Shown piece after piece: positions 28,414 through 37,623 of a DNA stretch of 64,000 nucleotides. The notes below the pieces were generated by a model. The model made no database searches. It was given only the letters and a program-made list of their open reading frames with translations, and was not told where the DNA came from. The position numbers and the translations under genes were made by a program. Position 1 is the first letter of the stretch; each line of letters opens with the position of its first letter. The stretch covers positions 62,936 to 126,935 of the forward strand of contig CAZBEW010000001.1 in the NCBI GenBank assembly GCA_964491115.1, written 5' to 3'. The DNA comes from an uncultured Pseudomonadales bacterium. Its GTDB lineage: Bacteria > Patescibacteriota > Microgenomatia > UBA1400 > PJMF01.

Positions 28414-29490
28414 TTAAGCCTGATCTGACATTTCCAACCAACGCTCAATATCAATAGCGGCCATCGCTCCAGAGCCAGCTGCCACCACTGCTTGACGATA
28501 AAGACTATCAGTCACATCACCAGCGGCAAAGACGCCAGGAACAGAAGTCATTGTTGGAAAATAATTTTCTGCGGCTGCATTTTCTTCTTGATTTAATTCC
28601 ATAAGTGCTTGAGCATTACCAAATTGTTTGGTGGTGATATAGCCTTGTTCCTTGGTTTTTACTTGATCGAGAAAGATAGTGCTGTTGGGTCGATAGCCAA
28701 CTGCCACAAATACCCCATCAGCGTTCAACTCAGTTTCTTTTCCTTCTTGGAGAAGTTTGAGTCCAGTCACCCGTTGGCCATCACCCAAGATTTCTTTAAG
28801 CTCGGTATTCCACAAAATTTTAATTTTTTTATCATTTAAGACACGCTCTTGCAAGGTTTTGCAGGCACGAAGTTTATCTCGACGATGGATAAGAAAAACC
28901 TGATCAGAAAATTTAGTGAGCGCCAGAGCATCTCCCAAAGCACTGTCGCCACCCCCAACCACAACAACTTTTTTATCTCGATAAAAAGCTCCATCACAAA
29001 CCGCACAAAAACCAACGCCTTTACCCATGTATTCTTTTTCTCCAGGAACAGCCAGTTTCAGATGTTCAGCACCCGTACTAATTAAGACGGCTTGGGCTGC
29101 ATAATCAGCCTCCTTGCTATTTCTTATCAACTCTATTGTCTGGGCTAATTCTTCTGGAGACATATTTTTGATGTCTTCATAATTCACATTTTCTGGCAAA
29201 GAAGTCCACAAACGAAAAGGACGCTGACTAAAATCAACTGCTGTAATTTGCTCATGGCGAAGATCCGCACCAAATTTAGCAACCTGTTTTTGCAAGTCTA
29301 AGATAAATTGAGGACCGGGCACGCCATCAGGAAAGCCTGGAAAATTATCAACACTTCTGGTGAACATTAATTGACCGCCCACACTTAAACCACTAAATAA
29401 GACCGGCTTTAATAAAGCTCGCCCTAAATAAATGCCCGCAGTATAACCCGCTGGACCAGAACCAATTACTGCCACTGATATGTTTTGCAT
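28414..29490 (-). CDS. trxB: Thioredoxin-disulfide reductase
   Basis: Start MQNISVAVIGSGPAG (ATG 29490, with AGAGGA upstream). Redox-active CAVCDG. FAD and NADPH GxGxxG/A motifs. A roughly 35-aa insertion relative to canonical TrxB. Confidence 0.85.
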   Translation of the reverse strand: MQNISVAVIGSGPAGYTAGIYLGRALLKPVLFSGLSVGGQLMFTRSVDNFPGFPDGVPGPQFILDLQKQVAKFGADLRHEQITAVDFSQRPFRLWTSLPENVNYEDIKNMSPEELAQTIELIRNSKEADYAAQAVLISTGAEHLKLAVPGEKEYMGKGVGFCAVCDGAFYRDKKVVVVGGGDSALGDALALTKFSDQVFLIHRRDKLRACKTLQERVLNDKKIKILWNTELKEILGDGQRVTGLKLLQEGKETELNADGVFVAVGYRPNSTIFLDQVKTKEQGYITTKQFGNAQALMELNQEENAAAENYFPTMTSVPGVFAAGDVTDSLYRQAVVAAGSGAMAAIDIERWLEMSDQA

Positions 29491-29562
29491 AAAATAATCC
29501 TCTATACCGATTTTAGCTAGCTTTATAGCCAAGCTAGATTTATATTTTAACTAGATTTGCAT

Positions 29563-29904
29563 TTAAGCTAGAGCTTGTTCAATCATTTCCTTGTAGGCAT
29601 TTTCTCCAGGAAAACCGATTTTACGATCAAATTCTACCATTTTATTGTCTTCGCGTTTAAAGATAATTACTGTGGGAATACTCATCACATTAAATTGCCC
29701 AGCAATATCTCTGGCCTCATCAATGTCGACTTTAACAATGAGCATTTTGTCTTTATATTCATCAGCTAATTTATCCATGATTGGAGCAGCCATTTGACAA
29801 GGACCACACCACTCAGCAAAAAAATCAACTAAAACTGGAGTTTGAGCATTATCTAATGTGCTTTGAAAATTACTACTGTCTAAATGTTGTGCTGGCATAA
29901 GCAC
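29563..29904 (-). CDS. trxA: Thioredoxin
   Basis: WCGPC active site. Confidence 0.9.
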   Translation of the reverse strand: MLMPAQHLDSSNFQSTLDNAQTPVLVDFFAEWCGPCQMAAPIMDKLADEYKDKMLIVKVDIDEARDIAGQFNVMSIPTVIIFKREDNKMVEFDRKIGFPGENAYKEMIEQALA

Positions 29905-29919
29905 CTTTCTTTATAATAA

Positions 29920-30180
29920 TTATTTTAATAATTCTTTTAAAATTGAATTTAACTGTTTTTGCTCCCGATCATTAACGCAGCGATTAGCAGCCCCAGTTAA
30001 AACATCTCTAGAAACTCTGGCTAAAGAGTTACGCACGGCCGTAATCTGTTGAGCTATCTCAACGCAAGACCGCTCGTCCTGATACATGCGGATTAAACCA
30101 TCAACCTGACCCCGAATACGTTTTAATTGAGCAATTGTTTTATCTTCTGCATTAATGGTGATTTTATTTTTGAAAGCCAT
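29920..30180 (-). CDS. CsoR/RcnR/FrmR-family metal-sensing repressor
   Basis: 86 aa with LKRIRGQVDGLIRM and conserved Cys/His positions (C38, C68-region). Confidence 0.75.
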   Translation of the reverse strand: MAFKNKITINAEDKTIAQLKRIRGQVDGLIRMYQDERSCVEIAQQITAVRNSLARVSRDVLTGAANRCVNDREQKQLNSILKELLK

Positions 30181-30235
30181 AATTTCATTATACCCTATGG
30201 GGGTATGTTAGCAAGAGGCAATTCTGTGGCAAAGT

Positions 30236-32044
30236 TTAGTCTTTTAGCTGTTTTTGTTTCTTAACAATTTCTTCTAATAAATCATTAACTCGCTTTTCTT
30301 CTTTCGCACTTCTTTCATTTTTATTATCTAGAGCTTGCAGTTCTAGATTAATTTTTGCAATTTCACTATGCACAATATTATGTTTGACTTGTAATAAAAT
30401 TTTATGCCATTCTTTTTTAAGATCGATATTTTCTGCATTTTTAATAAAAACAGGGTTTAATAAACATTCCATTAATATTTCTTTCAAGTCATCTGCCAGG
30501 CTTTTGCTGAATTTTTCTAAATCAAAATTATTAAGCTTGCTTGCTAGCGACTCAATAATATTACTGATTCCTGGAGTTTGGTAGTTGAGGCTTAAAACTT
30601 TTTTCACTTCTTGCTCAAACATTTCTGGCTCAAGTTTAAATAATAAAAACAATAAATATTCTTCTAAAACTTGTTGGTGTTCTTTGACTTGATCGCTTTT
30701 TGGTGCATCTTTTTTACTTGGCTTAACTGGGAAAGATTTTTTTTGCGCCACTCGTTCAATGTCTTCTTTAATCAAACTTAATTTCACATTTAGTTTTTCA
30801 GAAATTTTTTGCAAATAAAATTCTTTTTCAACTAAATGATCAATACTGGCAATAATTGGCGCCAATTCATTGATGATTTTGCGTTTGCCGTCTGGACTTT
30901 GCGCATCATGATTGGCAAAAACCACATTTAACAGAAAACTATAAACAGAGATGGATTGATTAGCTGCCTCCCGCCACAACTTGGGTTCGAAGCGAGCAAA
31001 ATCATCTGGATCTTTAAGATTCTCTGTTTTAGCCAACTTTTTTAAACTTGGAAAGTCGATCACTCTTAAATCAACATCTTTATCCTTAATTAAAGTAATA
31101 GCTCTTTTGCTAGCTTCAATACCAGCATTATCTTGATCAAAAGCTAGGATAATTGTTTGCGCTGCCCGCGATAGCAAATCAATTTGATCACTAGTCAAAG
31201 CACTGCCCTTGATTGCCACCACATAGTTAAGATGTGCCTGAGCAGAAGAAATAACATCGAATTCACCCTCAACCACCAACACCTTATTGCTTTTTCTAAT
31301 CTCTCGGAACAACTCACTGTAGCCAAAAAGTAATTTTGATTTATGGTATAGGATCGTTTCTGGACTGTTAATATATTTAGCTTCCTTGGCTTGCTGATCC
31401 AATAAGCGACCAGAAAAACCAACTACTTGGCCACGATGATTTTTCAAAGGAAACATTAAGCGTCCGCGAAAACGATCATAATAGCGACCATCATTACCCT
31501 TAATAATTAAGCCTGTTTTAGCAATTAAACCTAAAGGATATTTCTTTTTTTTGTGCAAATAATTGATGAGCCCATCCCAGCTGGCTAAAGAATAACCCAA
31601 GTTAAACAATTTAATTGACTGATTGTTAACTGCCCGATCTTTTAGATATTTTAAAGCTACTTGGCCGGCACGATGCTCAGTCAATAAAAAGTGATAATAT
31701 TCCTTGCTTAAATTTAAAATCGCTAATAATTGTTCCCGCTCTTCATCTTCACTAGTACGGTTAAAATCTTTGAGGGTAATGGCTGCTCGATCAGCTAAAA
31801 ATTTTAAAGCTTCATAAAAAGTCATCCCGTCATAATTTTGTAAGAAATTTAAGACATCTCCTGATTCTCCACAACCAAAACAGCGATAACGTTGCATTTC
31901 AGGATGAACAAAAAACGAGGGGGTTTTTTCATTATGGAAAGGACAGCGAGCCCTAAAACTGCTGCCAGAGGCTTTTAAATCAATTCTTTCCCCGATAATT
32001 TCAACAATATTATTCGCGTCTTTAACATCTTGAATTTGTGACAT
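30236..32044 (-). CDS. dnaG: DNA primase
   Basis: Start taken at MSQIQDV (ATG 32044). CHC2 zinc finger CPFHNEKTPSF...CFGCG and a Toprim domain. Confidence 0.9.
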   Translation of the reverse strand: MSQIQDVKDANNIVEIIGERIDLKASGSSFRARCPFHNEKTPSFFVHPEMQRYRCFGCGESGDVLNFLQNYDGMTFYEALKFLADRAAITLKDFNRTSEDEEREQLLAILNLSKEYYHFLLTEHRAGQVALKYLKDRAVNNQSIKLFNLGYSLASWDGLINYLHKKKKYPLGLIAKTGLIIKGNDGRYYDRFRGRLMFPLKNHRGQVVGFSGRLLDQQAKEAKYINSPETILYHKSKLLFGYSELFREIRKSNKVLVVEGEFDVISSAQAHLNYVVAIKGSALTSDQIDLLSRAAQTIILAFDQDNAGIEASKRAITLIKDKDVDLRVIDFPSLKKLAKTENLKDPDDFARFEPKLWREAANQSISVYSFLLNVVFANHDAQSPDGKRKIINELAPIIASIDHLVEKEFYLQKISEKLNVKLSLIKEDIERVAQKKSFPVKPSKKDAPKSDQVKEHQQVLEEYLLFLLFKLEPEMFEQEVKKVLSLNYQTPGISNIIESLASKLNNFDLEKFSKSLADDLKEILMECLLNPVFIKNAENIDLKKEWHKILLQVKHNIVHSEIAKINLELQALDNKNERSAKEEKRVNDLLEEIVKKQKQLKD

Positions 32045-32108
32045 CTCTAGGAGTAAAATATACTGTTTATAAATAAAAGTCAATTATAATACAGGTATAA
32101 TACAGAAA

Positions 32109-32759
32109 ATGTTAATTCATACTTGTTGCGCCGATTGTTTTCTCAAGCTCTATCAATCTTTGAGCGAGGAAACGCAAGCAACTGTGCAGATATTTTTTTA
32201 TAATCCCAATATTTACCCTAGAGAAGAACATCAAGCTCGATTATTAGCCATTAAAAAAGTTGTGAAAAGTCTAAATCAAGACATTAAAATTATTGTCGCC
32301 AATTATCAACCTCAAGACTATTTTCAAACTATCAAAAAATTAAAGGATAATCCTGAAAATCGTGATGCTTCTAAAAATCGTGAAAGTCTGAAAAATGGTG
32401 AAGGTTTGAAAAATCGTGAAAACTGTGAAAACAAAAGTGCCGACGATCGTTTCACGATCATTTCACGACAAAAACGCTGCCCACTATGTTGGGAGCTCAG
32501 GCTTAGAGCCCTCTTTGAAAGAGCTCAGGCAGAAAAAATTTCTCTAGTTAGTTCAACTTTATTCAGCAGCAACTATCAAGATTTAGACAAAGTGAAATTG
32601 ATTGCCCAAAAATTAAGTCGAGAATATCAAATTGATTTTTATGTCCCAAAAATTGATCAAGCGATGCGAGATCACTCCCATCGCGGTTTTTATAAACAAA
32701 ATTATTGTGGCTGTCTTTATTCCTTGCTGGAGAAAAGTCGTGAAAAATATGATGTTTAA
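32109..32759 (+). CDS. queH: Epoxyqueuosine reductase QueH (DUF208) carrying an in-frame repeat insertion
   Basis: N-term HTCCADC, CPLCW and C-term YKQNYCGC Cys clusters. The middle carries roughly 30 extra residues of (K/E)N(R/G)E-type hexapeptide repeats. Confidence 0.75.
   Translation: MLIHTCCADCFLKLYQSLSEETQATVQIFFYNPNIYPREEHQARLLAIKKVVKSLNQDIKIIVANYQPQDYFQTIKKLKDNPENRDASKNRESLKNGEGLKNRENCENKSADDRFTIISRQKRCPLCWELRLRALFERAQAEKISLVSSTLFSSNYQDLDKVKLIAQKLSREYQIDFYVPKIDQAMRDHSHRGFYKQNYCGCLYSLLEKSREKYDV
32355..32444. repeat. 18-bp tandem repeat (about 5 degenerate units) inside queH
   Basis: Units GAAAATCGTGATGCTTCT, AAAAATCGTGAAAGTCTG, AAAAATGGTGAAGGTTTG, AAAAATCGTGAAAACTGT, GAAAACAAAAGTGCCGAC. 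Inverted copies TTTCACGAT x2 follow at 32448-32468. Confidence 0.7.
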
Positions 32760-32818
32760 TCGAGCATTAATCTAATTTTTTGCGAATCAGACACAATATT
32801 ATTCAAGCTCAGCAGGTT

Positions 32819-33889
32819 TTAATCAAGCTCTGTTAAGCGCAAACTAGTAATTCCCTCTTGGCTCATTTCAATAATTTGCTCATCAATGTGGTAGCTCCAT
32901 AATAATTGCTTGGGATCATAAGTGAACTTAATTTTTAATACTAAGCCCTCTTGAGTTTCTTTGGAAAAATATTGATCAAAAACAAAATTGCCCAAAGAAT
33001 AATAAATAGTTTTATTTTGATAAACTTCTTTATTTTGTATGACATGAGGATGGCCACCAATAATTAAATCAACTCCTGCGTCAATAAATTCATGAGCCAA
33101 ATTAACAATAACCTGATTGGCTTCTGGAACATATTCATTACCCCAGTGAGTAAATAATATAATCAGGCTGGCTCCTTGATTTTTCGCTGTCAAGATAGCT
33201 GCTAAAGCCCGATTTTTACTGCCGCTAACAAATTGGTTATAACTAATCAGCGCAATTTTTTGCTCAAAAATATCTAAGTAGTAAAAATTTTCTTCACTGC
33301 TTTCTTCACCCACATCTCCAAAAGAAATCAGATTGGCATCAGCCAAATATTGACGCGTACTCATCAAGCCTTTTTGAGCAAAATTTAAGATGTGATTATT
33401 GCCTAAATTAAGCAGGGTTAAATTATTCTTTTTTAAAACGGGAATAATGGCTGGTGAAAAAGTAAAAGTGAAGTTGCCAGGACCACCGGGAATGGTATTT
33501 TGACTAATTGAATTCTCTAAGGTAATTGGCCCTTCTAAATTAGCCAAAGCGTAATCAGCACTATTCAAATAATTAGTCAGTTTTTGATCAAAAATGAAAT
33601 CATAGTTGCCTTGAGCTTCAGCCTTGCTGCGAATATGCCGATCAAACATTAGGTCTCCGCCGACTGCCAAAGTAAAACTTTGAGGCGTGGGAGTGGGAGA
33701 AGGTGCTTTTCTGAGCAGTTCTGGAGCGGACGGCGCCTGGCTAGGTTGGTTGTTTGTTGAATTGAATTGCTCTCTAAACTGGCTAAAGTTTAAAAAACTA
33801 AACAAATATGCCAAGGACAAGAGGGAAACGATAATTAGCAAAGATAAATATATTTTTTTATGCAGATAAAGATATTCTAACCGACACAA
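32819..33889 (-). CDS. CapA/PgsA-family metallophosphatase-like protein, membrane-anchored
   Basis: N-terminal TM. Blocks FTHWGNEY, GHPHVIQ and YSLGNFVFDQ. Confidence 0.75.
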   Translation of the reverse strand: MCRLEYLYLHKKIYLSLLIIVSLLSLAYLFSFLNFSQFREQFNSTNNQPSQAPSAPELLRKAPSPTPTPQSFTLAVGGDLMFDRHIRSKAEAQGNYDFIFDQKLTNYLNSADYALANLEGPITLENSISQNTIPGGPGNFTFTFSPAIIPVLKKNNLTLLNLGNNHILNFAQKGLMSTRQYLADANLISFGDVGEESSEENFYYLDIFEQKIALISYNQFVSGSKNRALAAILTAKNQGASLIILFTHWGNEYVPEANQVIVNLAHEFIDAGVDLIIGGHPHVIQNKEVYQNKTIYYSLGNFVFDQYFSKETQEGLVLKIKFTYDPKQLLWSYHIDEQIIEMSQEGITSLRLTELD

Positions 33890-33938
33890 GCCCGATTAGC
33901 TAATACTAAGGGACACAAATATATTTAAGTGCAGGCCA

Positions 33939-33999
33939 ATCTATTTAGTAGTGAATTAATCTGTCTGTTGGGGCGATCTATTTAGTAGTGAATTAATCT
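33939..33999. repeat. 24-bp direct repeat, two copies with a 37-bp period, spanning the stop codon of the ddl-like gene
   Basis: ATCTATTTAGTAGTGAATTAATCT at 33939-33962 and 33976-33999. The second copy encodes the last 6 codons (DRLIHY) plus the stop of the ddl-like gene. Confidence 0.7.
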
Positions 34000-34971
34000 A
34001 TCCAATAAAGTATAGAAAGACACGCCATGAAGCTCTAAAATGCTGCCAATGGCACAGCTGCCACTTGGACCAAGAGCGGGATTAACGTTGACATCAATCA
34101 GATAATGACGACCAGCCTCATCAAGCCGAAAGTCAAATTTGGCATAGTCCTCAATTTTTAGAATATTAAAAGCGGTTTTAGCCGCTTTTTTAACTGATTC
34201 TGGCAATTCATACTTTTCATAAGTAATGGTTTTTTCTTCAGTTATCCAGTTGTCATCAAAAGTGACAATTTTGCCAAAAGGATCCTCGTTTGCTCGATGG
34301 AAGATTTTTTCAGCCGCGTAAATTTTTTTATTACCACCATCGACAAGCACCACAGTAATTTCTCGACCAGCTATAAATTCCTCTAATAAAATTGGCTGCT
34401 GATAGGTGTTGTACAAATAATTAATTTGCTGATCAGCCATTTTTTCATCAAAACAGACTGAGGCCTGCGACACCTCCAAAGAGCCATGATTTTCATTAAG
34501 TTTAACAAATAAAGGGTAATCTAATTCTTCATCAACCTCATCTGTCGAATGTCTAACTAATTGGTATTTAGGCGTGGTCACGCCATATTGCTCTAAGAGA
34601 GATTTGGTTAAATACTTATTGGCATTAATAGAAGTGGCCAGCATACCGCTGCCGGTATAAGATATTTGTAATAGCTCGAGGGTGGCTGGAATAGTACCAG
34701 CTAAATATTCTTGACCATAAACACTGTCCACCAAATTGATAACTTTGTCTGGCTTATATTCAAGCAAAGTATTGTGTAATTGAGCGTTGCCTGGAAAAGT
34801 TTCTACCTGATAACCCTTGCTTCTTAAGATTTCGGCAATTAATTGAGCGCGGCCTTTGACTTCTACTTCGGTAATATAAATTTCTTCAGTTGGAAAATAT
34901 TCGCGCTTGGCGTCAGAATACAAAATAGCAATCTTGTTAATTTTTGGTTTAACTTTAATGTTTAATGACAT
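33982..34971 (-). CDS. ddl: D-alanine--D-alanine ligase family ATP-grasp enzyme
   Basis: C-terminal block AKFDFRLDEAGRHYLIDVNVNPALGPSGS (the Ddl-type RxDFR...E.N..PG...S pattern). Confidence 0.65.
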   Translation of the reverse strand: MSLNIKVKPKINKIAILYSDAKREYFPTEEIYITEVEVKGRAQLIAEILRSKGYQVETFPGNAQLHNTLLEYKPDKVINLVDSVYGQEYLAGTIPATLELLQISYTGSGMLATSINANKYLTKSLLEQYGVTTPKYQLVRHSTDEVDEELDYPLFVKLNENHGSLEVSQASVCFDEKMADQQINYLYNTYQQPILLEEFIAGREITVVLVDGGNKKIYAAEKIFHRANEDPFGKIVTFDDNWITEEKTITYEKYELPESVKKAAKTAFNILKIEDYAKFDFRLDEAGRHYLIDVNVNPALGPSGSCAIGSILELHGVSFYTLLDRLIHY

Positions 34972-35050
34972 TGTGCAAATGTTAATTATAAGCTAAAGAT
35001 TTTATTATAAAATAGGATTAATGCTAGAGTTAATGGTACAATAGGAGATT

Positions 35051-35401
35051 ATGAAAAAAAATAACACAAAAATAACTGCCGAAACATCACTTAAAGTACC
35101 AGTTTCAGGCTTTTTCGATTTTATTAGAGAACAAGGAGTGGTTGGTTTAGCCGTCGGTTTTATTTTAGGTGGCTCAATTCGCTCAGTGGTTGATTCAATC
35201 GTGGTCGATATAATTAATCCTCTTTTGGGACTGCTGCTAGGGAAAGTTGACTTTTCTCAAGCTGTCTGGCAAATTGGTTCAGCTAAAATTGTCTGGGGAA
35301 ACTTCGTCACTGCGTTGATTAACTTCACCATTGTCTCTGCCGTTGTTTACTTTGGAGTTAAAGGCTTGGGCTTGGAAAAACTAGATAAGAAAAAGAAATA
35401 A
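35051..35401 (+). CDS. mscL: Large-conductance mechanosensitive channel
   Basis: 116 aa. GVVGLAVGFILGGSI...IINPLLGLLLGKVDFSQ is collinear with MscL TM1/loop/TM2. Confidence 0.85.
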   Translation: MKKNNTKITAETSLKVPVSGFFDFIREQGVVGLAVGFILGGSIRSVVDSIVVDIINPLLGLLLGKVDFSQAVWQIGSAKIVWGNFVTALINFTIVSAVVYFGVKGLGLEKLDKKKK

Positions 35402-35412
35402 ACAGTGGGTAA

Positions 35413-37623
35413 TTACCCTGTTTTTTGTTTAGCGTAGCGTTCTCGACTACTGCGAATTACTTTGTCTCGGTTTTGGTTTTTGCTACTGGCTAATCTTAGC
35501 GTGTAAGCTGGAAATGGCCGACTCAAAACATTATCAATAGAAATCTTGTTAATAATTTGGTATTTGCCCAAATTAACTAAATCATCTTGAGTATAGAGTC
35601 CCCCATATTCAGCTTGAAAATAATTGGCATCACCAGCTCCCATCACAAAACTAATAATATTGCCACAGTTACCAAAAATAGCGTTACGCACTTCTTCAGG
35701 AATTTGATCAATATATTGGTTGGCCAAAATTAAATTGAGTCGATATTTTCTCGCTTCAGATAAAATTTTGACAAAAGCATCGGTGGCAAAATTTTGAAAT
35801 TCATCGACATATAAATAAAAATCACGACGCTCTTCTTCATCGGTGTTGACTCTAGCCATCGCTGCCAATTGAATTTTAGTAATCATCATCGCGCCCAACA
35901 AGGTGGCATTGTCCTCACCCAAGCGCCCCTGAGACAAATTAATTAACAAAATTTTGCCCTCGTTCATTAATTTTTCAATGCTAAAAGATGATTGAGTGGT
36001 ATTAACCACATTGCGCACCAGCGGTGAAGAAACAAATTGACCAACCTTATTCAGAATTGAGGCAATTTGCTCTTGGCGTTGGCGATCACTCATTTTGTTA
36101 TATTCATTGACCCAAAAATTCTTTAAAATTGGATCATCGAGTTGGCTGACGACTTGCTCACGAAATTTTTCATTGGTTAATAAATCTAAAACATCTGACA
36201 GCTTGGCCTGCTCACTTTTTAATAAAGTCAGTAAACAATTGCGTAAAATATATTCAAGTCTTGGTCCCCAAGAATAACCATATAATTTCTTAAAAACTGA
36301 AATAATTCCAGAAGCAATCAGCTCCCGATGAGCTACATTTTCTCCCTCAAATAAATTAATCTGCACCGTGCGCTCTTGATCAGCTGGATCAAAGTAAATA
36401 ACATCATTAATCCTGTGCTTAGGAATATAATCCAATAAAGTTTCCACCAAATCCCCGTGGGGATCAATCACGCATAAACCCTTATTGTGTTTTAAGTCAT
36501 TAATGGCCATATTAGCCAGTAAAGTTGATTTACCAGTGCCAGTCTTACCAATGACATAAACATGACGACGTCGATCAGCATCAGTTAAGCCGTATTTACT
36601 TGTTTGATTTTTATAATTGGTTTCAGCAATAATATTAATCTTATTTTTGCTTTCTTCAGAACTGTTAATGTTGATGATTGGCAAATTGTCTGGAGCCTCA
36701 CCAAGAATTTTTTTACCCCAAGAAATATTATTAATATTACTCAGTTTTTGATTGGGAAAATGATAGATAGTTGCTAATTCATCGACACTCAGGGTCAGTG
36801 CTGGCACCAAGTTAAAGCTGCGATTTTTCATGCTTTTGATAAAGCAGTTTTTGAGAAAGAGACGTTTTGAGAAAAGTAATTCATTGCTTTCACTTCTAGA
36901 AGTGGCTTGATAAGCGGCAGCAATATTGCTCAATAAGAGTTGGCTTTTTTGACGATTGTCAGTGGCTACCGCAATTTTAAAAGCGGCTCTTAATTGCCTT
37001 TGTTCCAGTTTTTGCTTGATTAGTTGTTGCTGAGGGTGCTCGGCCAATTCTTCAGTTGATGGAGTTTGATCTATAGAAAAGAAAGGAAAATCAGTGGCTA
37101 ATAGCAATTGAATTAAAATCGTGTCCTCTCCCTCGTTTTTTGATAAAGTCGACATTAAAGTCGCTAAAGGATCAATATCTACAAAATCATGATGGGTTTT
37201 GAGTGGTAAATAATGACGATTTTTTAATCTAAAACTGGAAATAGCTAGTTGGCGATTTTCGAGTAAAAAATAATCAACTGGGTCAGAATCCATTTCTTCA
37301 ATGACGGCTTTGGGATAGCTGGCATGAATTGCTCCCTTAAAATAGGCTAAAAGTCGGACAGGCACGTTGATTAAAAAATGAATACTTTGCTCGCGCACTA
37401 GGATTTCAAAACTCAATCTTTCGTTTTTTCCCAATAATTTCTCAAACAAGTTGTTTTTAAGTTTTGGCAAAGTAGATAATAACTGCACTGCTGCCTCTGC
37501 AGTTTCTTCACCATCCTTGCTGGTTTTGATTTTGAGTAAGATATGATTTTTTGGCACGTTTTCAGTATAACAAATTATAATGAGCTTTTTTTCTCCAAAC
37601 GAAGTGCTCGATTTTTTTGCCAT
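35413..37623 (-). CDS. P-loop ATPase of the FtsK/HerA/VirD4 (type IV coupling protein-like) superfamily with a novel 350-aa N-terminal domain
   Basis: Walker A VIGKTGTGKSTLL, then VIDPHGD, Walker B FYLYVDEFQNF, and LILANQ. No TM helices. The ORF start overlaps the upstream membrane-protein gene by 49 nt. Confidence 0.6.
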   Translation of the reverse strand: MAKKSSTSFGEKKLIIICYTENVPKNHILLKIKTSKDGEETAEAAVQLLSTLPKLKNNLFEKLLGKNERLSFEILVREQSIHFLINVPVRLLAYFKGAIHASYPKAVIEEMDSDPVDYFLLENRQLAISSFRLKNRHYLPLKTHHDFVDIDPLATLMSTLSKNEGEDTILIQLLLATDFPFFSIDQTPSTEELAEHPQQQLIKQKLEQRQLRAAFKIAVATDNRQKSQLLLSNIAAAYQATSRSESNELLFSKRLFLKNCFIKSMKNRSFNLVPALTLSVDELATIYHFPNQKLSNINNISWGKKILGEAPDNLPIININSSEESKNKINIIAETNYKNQTSKYGLTDADRRRHVYVIGKTGTGKSTLLANMAINDLKHNKGLCVIDPHGDLVETLLDYIPKHRINDVIYFDPADQERTVQINLFEGENVAHRELIASGIISVFKKLYGYSWGPRLEYILRNCLLTLLKSEQAKLSDVLDLLTNEKFREQVVSQLDDPILKNFWVNEYNKMSDRQRQEQIASILNKVGQFVSSPLVRNVVNTTQSSFSIEKLMNEGKILLINLSQGRLGEDNATLLGAMMITKIQLAAMARVNTDEEERRDFYLYVDEFQNFATDAFVKILSEARKYRLNLILANQYIDQIPEEVRNAIFGNCGNIISFVMGAGDANYFQAEYGGLYTQDDLVNLGKYQIINKISIDNVLSRPFPAYTLRLASSKNQNRDKVIRSSRERYAKQKTG

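Noticed and set aside
26821-32083. Long N-terminal extensions given by the ORF track for maf (to 27510), galU (from 27389), trxB (to 29532), dnaG (to 32083), tatD (from 20254), alkD (to 52318) and the lipoprotein (to 43450)
   Set aside because: Homology-conserved N-termini, SD positions and overlaps with neighbouring genes all favour the internal start codons given in the feature list.
28337-32444. Considered whether the short tandem arrays (28337-28386 and 32355-32444) could be CRISPR
   Set aside because: Periods of 10 and 18 bp have no unique spacers, and one array is inside a CDS. They are simple tandem repeats, not CRISPR.
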